From NCBI GenBank assembly GCA_028534125.1, contig CM052816.1:17548001-17612000 (forward strand): a stretch of DNA of 64,000 nt, written 5' to 3'. Below are positions 12,230 through 24,252 of this stretch, one piece after another (position 1 is the stretch's first letter; each line of letters begins with the position of its first letter). Both the position numbers and the translations under genes were made by a program. Under the pieces are notes generated by a model, which worked only from the letters and a program-made list of their open reading frames with translations, was not told where the DNA came from and ran no database searches. The DNA comes from Lama glama. Its lineage: Eukaryota.

Positions 12230-12930
12230 ACATCTTGCCTCTGGATTAGTGCAGACACCCTCCAACAGTTCTGCCTGCTGTTTCTGCCTTTGCATCCTCA
12301 CTGCTCCCCAGGCTAGGCTCAGCACAGAAGTCACACTGGTCCTTTTAAAACATGTCAGGCATATCCCTCCTCTGCTCAAAACCTTGCTCTGGCTTCTCAG
12401 AGGAAAGCCCAAGTGCTCACCGCCCTACAGGCCCGTCCTGATCTGGCCTCCTGTCACCTCTCTGAGCTCGTCTCCTTCTCTCTCCTCCACTCGTCCTGTT
12501 CTTGCCATACTGACCACCTTGCTATTCCCTAAACAAGCCAGACCCCAGGGCCTTTGCCTCACCTCCCTGGAAGCTCTTCTCCTAGATACCTGCTTGGCTA
12601 ATTCTGTCACTTCCTATAGGTCTTGGCTCAAAGCTCACCTTCTCAGCAAGGCCTCCCATCACCTTCTTATTTATTACTGCATCGCACCCCCGCCCATCTC
12701 CGAGTTGTCATTCCCACTTACCTGGTTCTGTATTTCCTGTATTTTTCTGTCATATTCCCTTTTAATACACAAGATGCTTTCTTTATCGCATTGATCGTTC
12801 GCCTCTTCTCTCTGCTAGAATGTGAATTTGACAAGGACAGGAATCTTTGTTCTGTGCACCGTTTTATCCCCAGCATCTAGACCAATGCCTGGCACGCAGC
12901 AGACCATAATAAATGTCTGTCATTGGATGT
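12230..12930 (+). mobile_element. L2a LINE 3' end (~700 bp)
   Basis: 'ccttttaaaacatgtca..tccctcctctgctcaaaacctt', 'cagggcctttgc', 'ctagaatgtga...ggacaggaatctttgttctg' and tail 'tgcctggcacgcagcag..aataaatgtctg'. Confidence 0.9.
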
Positions 12931-13239
12931 GGCTAAAATCGTGGAGTGTTTTCCGAGTTCTCCAAGGTGCTTGAGACTTAAAATGGTGGAAGTGGGGAGA
13001 TGCTTTTCTGTCTCAGTGGACGCCGCCCAGGAGGTGAGCTCACCAGAGGAAGAGGTAGCGTGGGTGTGATGGAGCCTGAAAAGGGAGGGCTGAGTTTCCA
13101 GGACTTCCCTGCATCTTGTTTCCTCTGTGATCTTCTCCCTCCTCTGTCTCTTGCTCTGTGACTGAAGAGGAAGTGGCAGCATCTTTGTCACACAAAGCAA
13201 AGAAGAAATGGAAGAGGAAAGGGGAAAGGGCATGTGTCA

Positions 13240-13360
13240 GTGGCTCCAGCTCTGAGTGATCCAGCTGTGTGACCCCTGCACGTTCCTGGGCTTCAGCATC
13301 ACCATCTGTGAAATGAGCCTGTTGCTTTAGAACATCTCTGAGGATATCTCAGCCCTTTAC
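13240..13360 (+). mobile_element. MIR3/MIR fragment
   Basis: 'ccagctctg...agctgtgtgacc...ggcttcag..catctgtgaaatgag...atctctgagg'. Confidence 0.6.
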
Positions 13361-14474
13361 TGCTGTGGGTCAACAGTTCTGACAGGGTCTGATCCACACT
13401 GACTGTATTTCACATTTCAGAAGAGAACCTCCAGGTAGAGTCACTTGTGCCTCTCTGTCACTGTCACATCCAGAATTGTGTCCTAAAGCTGGATTCATAC
13501 TATGAAAAAGAAGTTTTTTCTTACTTTTCATATTTCCATTAGAAATTCCTCTTGGAATCAGACACTTTCCTTCCACTCAGTGAAATACAACGTGATTCCA
13601 AAGTGCTGCTTTACTCCACGTGGCTTTCGTGTCACCTCTCTTGGGGACATGCTGAGTTCTGACCCCCTGGGGCTGCTTTTGGGAGCCTGGCATTCACACT
13701 GTGGTGTCTAGTATAGTTGTGTGGATTTTCACCTCCATGCCTACTTACTAATAGAAAACCAATTAGTCAGATATGAACTAGTACGGGCCACCCATCACCT
13801 CGGCCAAGTGGCATAAAATACACTTCATTCCCCACTCCAGATGGTTGTCAATAAAAAGTGGCATTTAAAAACGCTGACTAAATTCAAACCTGTGAAACGC
13901 TTTCTTCCATAAGTTAAATTCATTTTGGGGGGGGATGTGCAAGTCTGTTTTGTTATAATGCCTATAAGCGTATTAATCTCATAAGAACTAGAATATTTGC
14001 AGTGGTTGTACATTTTCCTAAAAGCTTTTGCAAGAGAGACCTAACAGTGTCTCCTGAAACAAATGAAAACCCCCTCTGACTCAGGGGAACTGAAATAAAT
14101 GGGCCTATTTTCTCGCAGACATGGCAGCGTGGCACTTGTAACCTGTCTTCCCTGGCTTTTCGGTGCTGGCCTCAAGGTGAAATCTTCATGAACAGATGGG
14201 GCCCCTCAGAACTCCTGGGGAGGGAGGTAGAAATGCTTCTGAGATAACACTAATAAATGTGCTTTTTGAAAAGCGCCCATTTCTTCCTGGAGAAACCTCT
14301 GAGGCTCAGATCTTAAGATCTCAGATGGAGTAGAAGCCTTTCTTGAGGGAAGGTCTCTTTAGCTTTCTGCTAAAAGAAAGCAGTGCCAGGGCTCCTGGGA
14401 GGAGGGGTGTGCAGTGTCGGGAGGGACGTGGAGAATTTGGGCTCATATGCACACCTGTGTTCCCACAAGCAGAT

Positions 14475-14655
14475 TTTCCTTGCTGTGTGACCTCGGGCAA
14501 GTCATATAACCTCTATACCTCCATTTCGCAACTTGAAGACGAGAATGTTAACAGTAGCTGCTGCACAGGGTCATTCTGAAGACTAAATACGATGATGCAG
14601 GTAGAGCCAGCACATGGCTAGCACTTAATCAGTTTTGCTTTTATTACTATCATTT
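14475..14655 (+). mobile_element. MIR SINE
   Basis: 'gctgtgtgacctcgggcaagtcatataacctct' MIR core plus 3' tail. Confidence 0.8.
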
Positions 14656-17574
14656 TGCCAAGTTGTCCCCCCAGCCCCTCGCCCTTTGCCTCAGACTGTT
14701 TCTTATCCTTGTTGGAGCAATGAAAAGATCTAAACACCCTTAGAACTGCTGCTTTTTCTCCAGCTGTGGTGTTTCCTTGAGTGGGATTGGGTACACACCT
14801 CCCCTGACGCAGGGTCTGATGGAACCATCAGGAGGGTCCCTGATTCCCAGCTCCTGGTTCTCTGGTGGGTGTGGTGCCAGGGTGATCTGCAGCCTCTCCA
14901 TTGAGAGACAGGTCCTCTCTCTGCTCTGCTCCACACCCATCCACTGACTCTTTAGTGAAGGCAGGACACTAGGGCATGGCTTGGGGAGGCCCTGATTTAT
15001 CTAGAGCTGGACTTCTCTTTGATTCACCCTTTTCCTCTGTCTTTGCCAGCTGTTTTTGGGACCATCTGTGTTTGCGTGTTTGCCCACACAGCACCCAGCT
15101 CCTTGGCAGGGAGTGGGGCTTGAGTCTTCTGAAGAGCCCTCTAGAGTTGTGAGTGCTGTGCTGAGAGTCCCATAAGGATACCGTGCAGGCCCCCATGCTG
15201 CTCACCCTGCACGCTGTCTGTAAAACCCTAAAGACCAGTTATAGTAAAACCTCTTCCTCTTGATCCCTCTAAGTAAGAGTAGTATGTTGTAATTTAAAGC
15301 CCCCCCCCCCCGCTTTAGGAAGTGCAGTGTGTCTTGGAGATTTCCTGTTCTGGCTGGATAGGGTAGACAGGGCAGGGCCAGGCATCTGTGGGCACAGGTA
15401 CGGGTCAAGACCCTGCATAGCTTCCTTGCAGACCTCAGTGGTCTCCCTGTGTATTTGTGAATCTTCTTATTCACAGACCCGTGCCCCTTCTCAGTGGAAG
15501 CTCTGATAGTAATAAGAATCTTTCCCTGAGTCTTTTGTAGGCATTGTGGGGACCTGCAGGATCTGCATAGGATGGCTGGGGTTATGGTGGGCTCCTAGGT
15601 ATAGTCTCTGCTGCAGAGACAGGCGACAAGGATCAGTCCATCAGGGCTGCATGTGGAGCATTGTCCTCTTCCACCTGGTGATCTGGTGATCACCTGAGCC
15701 GGCTAGAAGCTGCCAGGTTCATGGCCATAGACTTTGACACACAGCTGCCTGCAGAGGGACCTTTGCAGCCAGCTGATTTGTAGTTTGGTTGATGAGACTT
15801 GCTTCAGGACAGATAGTTTTGAGACTGAAAAGTAATTCTTTTGATTTTCAGGGAATATTGACCCCAGATATGGTCCAGAAAAGATATTAAATCTTCCCAG
15901 AGTTAGCAAACCTTATGATGTCTTTATTCTTTATTAAAAATAATTTTAAATTAATTCTATTTTTAAAATACAGTTTCAAAAGGTCAACTTTTAATCCCTC
16001 CACAAGGCTTTCCTCTGCTGTTAGTGGGGGTCTTCCTTTTACAGTGTGCATGCTCTGGTCTCCACCCCAGACCTCGTCTGGTTGGAAGCTGCTGTGGTGG
16101 TCGTGGGCTTCTGCAGGGAATCATTTTTCAATGATGGAGACAAGGTCAAAAGCTTTTTTTCTTTTTTCTTTTTTTTTTTTTAACACTTAAAGAGTCAGTA
16201 TAGCCCAGCAATGAAAAACCTGGACTCTAGATAGATACTCCCTGGTAGGTTTATTAGAATTAAATGAGCTCTTGCAACACACAATGCCTAACCCTCAGTA
16301 ACTATTAGTTATCATGGTTGCATGATACAGTTGTTCCTTGACATCCTCAACCCTGGCATATTTCATACATGTTCTGGCATCACTTTCAGCATCCAGTGTG
16401 GGCTGCTGTGCTTCAGAACAACAGAACCTTTAGGAAAAATAAAAAGCTTATTGAAATGTTGCTGATAAGTACACATCTCCCAGGAGGCATGCATCTTGTC
16501 CTTGTGACCCTTAGGTACCCTTTTGTACATGACCCTCCCCTACCCATTCATTTGGCTACATCCTCTGGCCATCTTAGGTTTTCCTAGCTGCCTGCAGTGT
16601 CAGGTTGTCAGGAAAGCTACATGGCTTGGTGCACGATGTCCCCACTAGGTTGGTCTCTCTCCTCTAACTAACTGTGAGTTCCAGGTGACAGTAGGTTGGT
16701 GCATTTGGAATCCACCCTGAAGTATTTTTCATGCTGCTTGTTCCTTTTCAGGAGTAAACAGGTGCTAGGGTGTTAGATTTTATCGATCACTTAACTAGGA
16801 AGAAATTATGGAAATATTATCCATAAAATCCCCATAACACCCTGTTAATCTGCCAAATTTCCAAATTAGAGAATCAATTAGATTTGTTGAGTATTTGTTT
16901 AGCTGTGGTCTCCAGGTGACTCCTGCTTTATTTACTCTCATAATTTCCCCGAAGATTTGTTTCTGTCTTCCTGAGAGAGGGATGTGTTCTGCATATCCTA
17001 TCAGGAGCTGCTTGAAGGGACAGGGGCATAGAGATAAATTAAGCAAATATTTCAGATTTGTTACTGTATTTTCATGAGCCGTATAAGTTAATGATCCAAG
17101 GCCAGAGACATTGCTTAGTGCCAGATACAATCACGTGAAGTTCTGCTTTTCCTGGGGGAGTTGGGGGATGGATGGCAGTTCAGGTTTCTCTGGCCTGTCT
17201 CCCAGGGTGATGGGGACCTGCCTCGTGCCACTTTATCTTGGACTGAACACTTAGTCTCCAGGCACCAATTATTTCAAAGGCACAAGTTACTGTCATGGTG
17301 CCACCTTGTTGCAACCTATCAGCTAATAAGGCTGCCTCACGGAGGTTTGCACTTACCCAGAAATTGCAGGCACGTCTTGTTGAAAGTCTCATCAGGTAAC
17401 CGAATGGGCCTATATGTGGGTGACAGAGGCAGCCGCATGCAGAGCATGAGCTGGTGGGAGAGGGTGTCCTGGGTGGGCTCCCTAGGCTATGGAAGATCCA
17501 CCCCCCCATTGCCATTTTAATAGTTCATCTTCCTTCTTTCAGGTTCTGAGGATTCTCTTTCTTTTGGAAATTAT

Positions 17575-17730
17575 CATTAAACATTCACTTACTAAGTATT
17601 TATTGAGCTTTTACTGTGTTTCGGGTGTGGTACTAGCCTTTGTGGTCAGGAGGGTGGGTGTGTCCAAAAATGCTTCCCGGGGGATGTGATGTCTGAGCTG
17701 AGTCTTGAAGAATGTGTAAGAGAGCCAGGT
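17575..17730 (-). mobile_element. L2 fragment
   Basis: 'cattcacttactaagtatttattgagc..tactgtgt' and 'tgagctgagtcttgaagaatg'. Confidence 0.7.
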
Positions 17731-18257
17731 GCAATGATTCAGGCTGATTAACTCAGTTGGGCCCCCTTACAGTTGTGAGTTGTAGGCATTGATTTTTTTT
17801 ATTTCCACTTGATGGAGGAGGAACTGAATCTCGAAGAGGGTAAGAACTGGTATCTAAACTTGGAAGTTCTCTGTCCAGAGCCCACGTGCTCAGTCACTAT
17901 AACTTCACAGTAGACAGACGGGCAAAATCCACAATTTGACTCAGTGTTGGCCAGGAAAAGAAGGAACATCTGTGATGAGTGAGAGGATGATGAATAAACC
18001 TCACCTCCTTCAGAGCTGGTTCTATGAAATGAGGGCAGCTTAGGGTGGAGAGAGTGGCTCAGTCCCCTTCCTTAAGGAGCTTATAATCTAGTTAGATAGA
18101 TAAGGCTGCGAAAGCTCTAGTTGAAACCTCAGTTCTGCTCCTGCCTCTCTTACTGGGTGATCTTGGGCAACTTATTCACCATCTCTGGGCCTGTTTTACT
18201 TTCATTTAACAGAAGAATACTTACCTTAAGGTAAGTAGATGTTGATGGATGTAAAAA

Positions 18258-18282
18258 AGTTTTTATGGCTGAGTAGTATTCC

Positions 18283-18330
<48 letters not shown>

Positions 18331-18495
18331 CATACACAACTTCTTTATCCAGTCATCTGACAAAAGGCATTTAGGTTGCTTCCATATCTTAGCTATTGTA
18401 AATAGTGCTGCTGTGAACATTGAGGTGTATCTTTTTGAATTAGAGTTTCTCTGGATGTGTGCCCAGCAGTGGGATTGCTGAATCATATGGTAATG
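18258..18495 (-). mobile_element. L1 fragment (ORF2 end / 3' region)
   Basis: 'ttttatggctgagtagtattccattg...ggttgcttccatatcttagctattgtaaatagtgctgctgtgaacat'; the ORF track shows the L1 ORF2 peptide MFTAALFTIAKIWKQPKC. Confidence 0.95.
18285..18326. repeat. (TG)21 microsatellite
   Basis: Perfect TG dinucleotide run of 42 bp inside the L1 fragment. Confidence 0.97.
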
Positions 18496-20899
18496 CAGAA
18501 TACATTCTTAACGTTGTAATATTTTCTCTTCCTGCTGGTTGTAAGGGGGTGACTCACCACAGAGATGCCCTCTCTTGGATGGCAGTGCATTAGTCTAGCC
18601 ATGTTTCGAGGCCAGATGACCCACTTCATATTCATGGAATTAATGAGCATGTTACTATGGATCACTGCTTAACCTCTCTGTTTCTCCCCTGAGTGTCAAG
18701 TGAGGAGACTGAGTTCTGCCTTGCCAGATCATCTTGAAAATTAAATCAGATGATGCATGAAAGGCTCCTGAAGATGAGTAGGTGCTTAGAGAATGTTAGC
18801 TGCCCTCCCCCATCACCCCCAGCTGTTGTATGTGTGCTCACAGGCAGCCGCAGGGGCAGTGGGCGTGGATCTCCCATCTCATGCCCAGTCCAGTGCCTCT
18901 CAGACTTGTGGGTACCACTGGCCTGATTTCTGCCACATTGCTGAATACCTGAATTTATTTTTAAAAATAAAATAAAAATAGAAATTAAAAAAAAATCAAT
19001 TCTCCTTTTCTATGTAAGAAACCACAGATTTACTACACATAGCAAATTATTTAGGTAAAAAATTTTGGGTACTCCCTAAAATTCCCAGCGGTGTATGTAC
19101 CACATTTAGAAAAGCACTATGCAGATTGGATTGGTTTATGATAACTTCCTGCATGTTCTAAGTATTCTCTCTGTTGCTTCTCACAAATAAATACTGGGGT
19201 CATTTTGGAGGTTGGCTGGTGGAGGAAACGCTTTTCTCCGAAAGAGTTTAAGGAGTAGAACCAACTGAATTGCAGTGTGGAACCCCAATCCCAGTTTGGC
19301 ATTTGGGTTCTGGTTTGAAATCTCCATCTTGCTCCAGATAGTGGAACCCAAAAGTCTCATCTGAGGTAGTCCTTGACAGAGCTACAAAAAACTGAGCAGT
19401 ATTACAGGCTGTAAAGAAATGTCACCTGTACTGGGGAGGCTTTCAGAGCTGTAAATGTGTACCACTACCACGGCATCATATCCTTCACATGGTGTTGTGG
19501 GCTGTGGGATCCTTTTGTGAGTAAACTAAGAGGATGACCTCTGGTTGACATTTCCTTCTAGGCTCTTCTCGGGGTTCAAGTGCACCCCCAGGAGAGAATC
19601 CTACCAGGCTAGCAGCATGTCTTTGGACTAGCCCCTTGGCTTATCGCCTCACCTCCCAAGAATTCAGCCTCAAGGCTTTGCAGGGACTGAGTTTGTGTCT
19701 GTCTAGCTGCATCGCAGGAATGTTATTTCTTCTGTGTCACCCACCTCCCCTCAACATAACCCTACCTCCTCTTTTCCAGTGCACACGTAGCGTAGCACCT
19801 GCTTGCAGTTTGGCCCTAGAAAGGTGATTGTTGTCACTATTAAATGTCAGCATTGGGAAGAAGTCGCCAGGCATTGAGTGCCAGATCTGATGTTGGTAGG
19901 ATGTGGGGAGTTGGCAGATCTGGATGGAGTGCCCTCCTGTTGACCACTTTGCTTCCTGACAGAGACCTGCTCATCCCAGACTGATGGAAATACATCCTGT
20001 TTGTTAGGACTGTGCTTTCATTCTCTTCTGAAGAGAAATGTGGTTTTAATTTCAGAGATCAGATGGGATGACTTGTGTTCATATGGCCGATAAATCATTT
20101 CAAAGAAAATTGCTTTGGCATGCTTGACATTTGTATGGATGGCTGATGAATTAAAGGAATGGATCCAGATCACGTCAGAAATATTTTACCATTACAAAAA
20201 ATTGTGGTCTGCGGAAAACAAAATCCAATAAAGCTGTAAAGCTGTCTGGCCATCTTTCTGGGCTGCAGAAATGCAGCATTTGGGGACCATGTCATTGACA
20301 TAAATGCGCCACATGGTGGACAGTTTGTAAGAAGGAGACCCCAGGATAGAAATGAGGAGGTCTGAGTTCTGGCCGAGCTCTGCCCGCTGCCCACCATTTG
20401 CCGTTGTGCAGAACTGTTTGCACCTCGCTGGACCTCAGCTTTGCTGGGTTGGTGACTCCCCTTGAATATTTGATTAACAGTTTGCCCTCTCCCTGAAAAA
20501 CATGGACACAAACAAAAATTCTTTTTTGCACAATGCCGGGGATTGAGGGACCTCTTGAAGCCCATCCATGGGCCTCAGATTGAGGGCTCCCAGACCCAGT
20601 GAGCCCTACAGTCTCCCCCTGCCTTAGAGGCCATCTTGAAGCTCACTTGGCTTCTAACACTCTTCTACTGCAGGAGGCAAGGAGACCTGGTCCTCAGAGC
20701 TGACTTCCTCGGCTCCCCTGGGCTTTATTGCCTGCTTCAGCTCAGGGAACATTTATTGAGCACCTTTTGTATGTGAGGCACTGGGCCAGATGAGGAGATA
20801 CAAAGTGGAGGAGAAACATAGTAAATCTCCTAAGGGAGGTGGTTCATGTGGTCATGAGCGTTGTGAGTGAAGGCCATGAGGGTGCTGGTGCCGTCACTG

Positions 20900-21090
20900 G
20901 GGAGAGAGTCAGGATTTGAGGTCCAATTCCAGCCTCTTGAAGAGTTCTAATTCTGTCCTTTGTGATCCTAGACGATCCACTGTGCCTCAGTTTCTTCATA
21001 AGTACAATAGGGTCAATAATTCTAGAACTTTCTCCCTCTCAGAATTATTGTGAGAATCTGATATGCTCATGTATTAATTTAAATAAAATT
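20900..21090 (+). mobile_element. MIR SINE
   Basis: 'ctgtgcctcagtttcttcataagtacaatagggtcaataat...ttattgtgagaat'. Confidence 0.7.
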
Positions 21091-21329
21091 GTTAACTGCT
21101 CTGGGACTGTAATGTTTAAAGGGGTTAAATTATTAAAGTCATGTTATTAATTAAGAGTTTTGCAATATTCCCATGGAAACAAGATCTTCAATAAAAAAGC
21201 AAATAAAAATGTAAGAATGGATGATGGCAAAAACTGCGAGTTCAGAGAAGGAAGGCAACTTCTGAGGTTTGGCTGACGGAAGAGGCCTCTGCCCTGAATC
21301 CAGTGTCTTCACTTGAAGAATTTTATTTG

Positions 21330-21530
21330 AACTTTTTGTCTGTTATTGTAGAAATCATCATGTTAATTATAGAAAAATAGAGCATACTGTTTACTAAAAA
21401 CCAAAAAAAAAACACCCCCAAACACATACCATCTATTATGTGACAACCATCTATTATATAAACAATGGAAGTAATCACTTTTGATCATTTGGTGTAAAAC
21501 CTCTAGACCTTTGGATGTGTGCACATATAT
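21330..21530 (-). mobile_element. Old L1ME-type 3' fragment
   Basis: 'catgttaattatagaaaaat..agcatac' and 'gtaatcactt..atcatttggtgta..cctctagac'. Confidence 0.55.
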
Positions 21531-21534
21531 GGAA

Positions 21535-21720
21535 ATTCACTCATTTATTCATTTAATGGTATTTATTCATAGTATACTAGTGTTCCTGGCCTTGAGTTAG
21601 GCACTTAAGTCTACAGTAGTAAGCATAGTAGATATGATTCTTCCATGACATAGTCCTCTAGGGTGAGAGACAGTAAAATGAATATATAATTGCGTCTGGG
21701 TCATTTTCTGTGAACAAAAG
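21535..21720 (-). mobile_element. L2 3' end
   Basis: 'ttcactcatttattcattt..atttatt...taggcact...acagtagtaa...gagagaca'. Confidence 0.7.
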
Positions 21721-21899
21721 TACAGCATACATACTCACTCTCTGTCAGTTGGCGTATTCTCTGTGTTAGTGCTTTGCTGTCAGTCACTTCCCCTTTCCCT
21801 CTGTTCTGTGCTGTGATCTTTTCTCCATTTGGTTAGTATATTTATCAGTTACCTGTTGCCTGTCCAGTAACCATAGAGCCTCACTGATATGTGACAATG

Positions 21900-22245
21900 A
21901 GCACTGATGTCTGGAGTTAGCTTGTCTTGAAACCTTGGCTGGTCTTGCTTGCTGTGAGTCCTCTGGCTGTCAGCTGATCTGAGATGGCCTTGGCTAGGAC
22001 AACTCCACGTGTCTCATCTCCCAGCAGCTAGCTCAGGCATGTTCTCTTGGTCAAGGCCAAGGAACAAGAGCAGACCCTGAACTGCTTGAGTGCTGTGTCA
22101 AACCTCTGCTTGTGCCATGTCTGCTAACAAGTCACGTGGCTGGGCCCAGTGACACAGTGTAAGGGAAACCACTACAGGGTGTTGTGGTCAAGGGTGTACA
22201 TACAGGGAGAAGAGAAGAATTGGGGTCTTTAATGCCTTTAATATC
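21900..22245 (-). mobile_element. MLT1 (G/H-like) ERVL-MaLR solo LTR
   Basis: 'ctccacgtgtctcatctcccagcagctagctcaggcatgttctc', 'aagtcacgtggc' and 'aagggtgtacatacagggag..gaagaattgggg'. Confidence 0.8.
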
Positions 22246-23019
22246 CTGCAGTATACATCCTCATTGCCCTTCTTAGTTGCTGCATGGGATTCTGTTATGT
22301 GCCTGGGGACGGGTGGGATTTTAAACACAGGGCCTTTGTGGCAAAGATGTGGAGGCAGCCCTGGATTTGTGGAGGTTGGGTCTGCCCATCTGCCAGGAAC
22401 AGAGGGTGGAAAGCGTCGTGTGCTGGGAGAAGGAGGTGGGACTTGATCATGTGAGTAACTCAGGATAATACGATCAGAGTAGGACCTGAAAAGGTAAATC
22501 TAAAAGTGGTATTTGGCATGTATTAGGTGAACAGAGGCTTGGAGAAAGGGAAACAAGTCACTGTGTATTGGAATAACAAAGTGTGGGGCTAGAGGCCGAA
22601 GGAAATGCAAAGGAAGGGATGGACCAAAACAATTGAATTGATAGTTATACCTTTCACTAGTTGAATTCTTACTGTGTGTCTGCTTTAGAGCTTTACTGAG
22701 GGCGTTTGGCAACCCAGCGAGGATGGCTGTGGGTGGTACTACCAAGGGCTCCTGTACGTCACAGAGTGGGAAGGCAGGAGGACATGGTGGGGGTGATTGA
22801 GGATGCCCGAGAAAGTGGAGCTAATCAACAGGGCATGTCCAGGAGGGACACGTGAAGGATGGACATCAAGAACAGGCAGAGGAGGAGTGATTAACCATAG
22901 AGAGCAGGGAGGGGTGGGTGGAGGCCATCTGCGAAGACTGTGAGTGGGTTGGGATTCGGTGGGGCTGGGAGGAGAGGTGAGCCCCATCTAGTTGCAGGAC
23001 AGTGGCACCTTGCTGTCTG

Positions 23020-23410
23020 TATCTTTGCTTAAACTCCCCCACAGTTGCCGTCGTCCCACACAGTAGCCTGCGGATCTTTTGAAAAGAAGACCATTCAGAT
23101 TCCCCTTGCCCTCCGAGTAAAGCCTGCTCTCCTTAAGGTGGCCTGCATGCTAGTTGTCCTTCACATCAGGGTTCCTGCTGCCCCTCAGCCCCTTCCACCC
23201 ACCCTGTTCTTTTGCCTGGAGTGCTTGACCCCCTGTACCTCCACCCACTCCTTCCTTTCTAACTCTGGGCCTCAGTTTGGACAGTTGACCTCTGGCTTCT
23301 CTCCTGCATTTCTGCTTTGGAAAGTGCTTACTCTGCCAAATCCTCAGCTCTCATCATCATGCCTGGCACACAGAATGGGCTCAGTACAACTTTGCTAAAG
23401 GAAATCAAGA
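23020..23410 (+). mobile_element. L2 3' fragment
   Basis: 'tccccttgccctccgagtaaagcc', 'tgcctggagtgc' and tail 'tgcctggcacacagaatgggctcagta'. Confidence 0.65.
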
Positions 23411-24067
23411 TGGGCAGTGTGAACACACAGGAGCCCCTTGCTGCCTCTGGTAGCTGAGAACATCTCTGAGGGCGGGGGTTTTCTGGTGCTTGCCCTTTGA
23501 GATGCTCACCAGGAGAACTACCGTGTGTTCTTCAAGCCTGACCAACTGCCCTCTGCCCTGCGATCCCCCTTTTCTCTTTTCTTTTTTAAAATGGAAACAG
23601 AACAGGCAAAGCAGACCTCACAAGGACCTTTTTCCTTTAGACAAATAGCTGGTATTCCTATTAAAATGGTAATTTTCTTTGTTTAAAAAGGCAGATGTGG
23701 TCAAATTAGGCTAATCTAATTTGCAGTGTTTCATTAAAAATATATATGAGTTAGGCTGGGAGGCTGTTTGGGTCCTGGGGTCATTGTGTTAGCAGCCACG
23801 GGAACAAATGTCCTTTATTGGCTTAAAGATACAGCTTCCAGCAAGCATCATTTCCTCACGGTGACTTCTTGTGACCTTGCTTGAGACCACGGGGGATTTC
23901 TGTCTGCCAGCTTGTCTTCTATTTTGCCCTTTTTATTGAATAGAAAATCCCTTCATACCCCTAGGTTTCAGAGTCCCTTGTACAGACAAGAGGAGGAAGG
24001 GTCTCCTCTAACTAATAGGGAACCCGGGACGAAGACATGGGATTTTATATAAGAGCAAGAGAGAATA

Positions 24068-24252
24068 CATACTGTATAGTGCAGGGAACTATATCAGTTT
24101 CTTATAATAAGCTATAATGGAAAAGAATCTGAAAATATGTATGTGTATATGTGTCTCTGTACATGTATAACTGAATCACTTTGCTGTACATGTAAAGCTA
24201 ATGTTGTAAATTGAGTACACTTCAACAGAAAATGAAGTTAAAAAAATAAAAG
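24068..24252 (+). mobile_element. L1 3' UTR end with A-rich tail (artiodactyl type)
   Basis: 'actgtatagtgcagggaactatatc...aatggaaaagaatctgaaa...tataactgaatcactttgctgtaca...ttgtaaat..acttcaa' followed by an A tail. Confidence 0.9.

Noticed and set aside
12249..12794. 181-aa plus-strand ORF
   Set aside because: Lies entirely within an L2a 3' fragment; low-complexity Leu/Ser/Pro product
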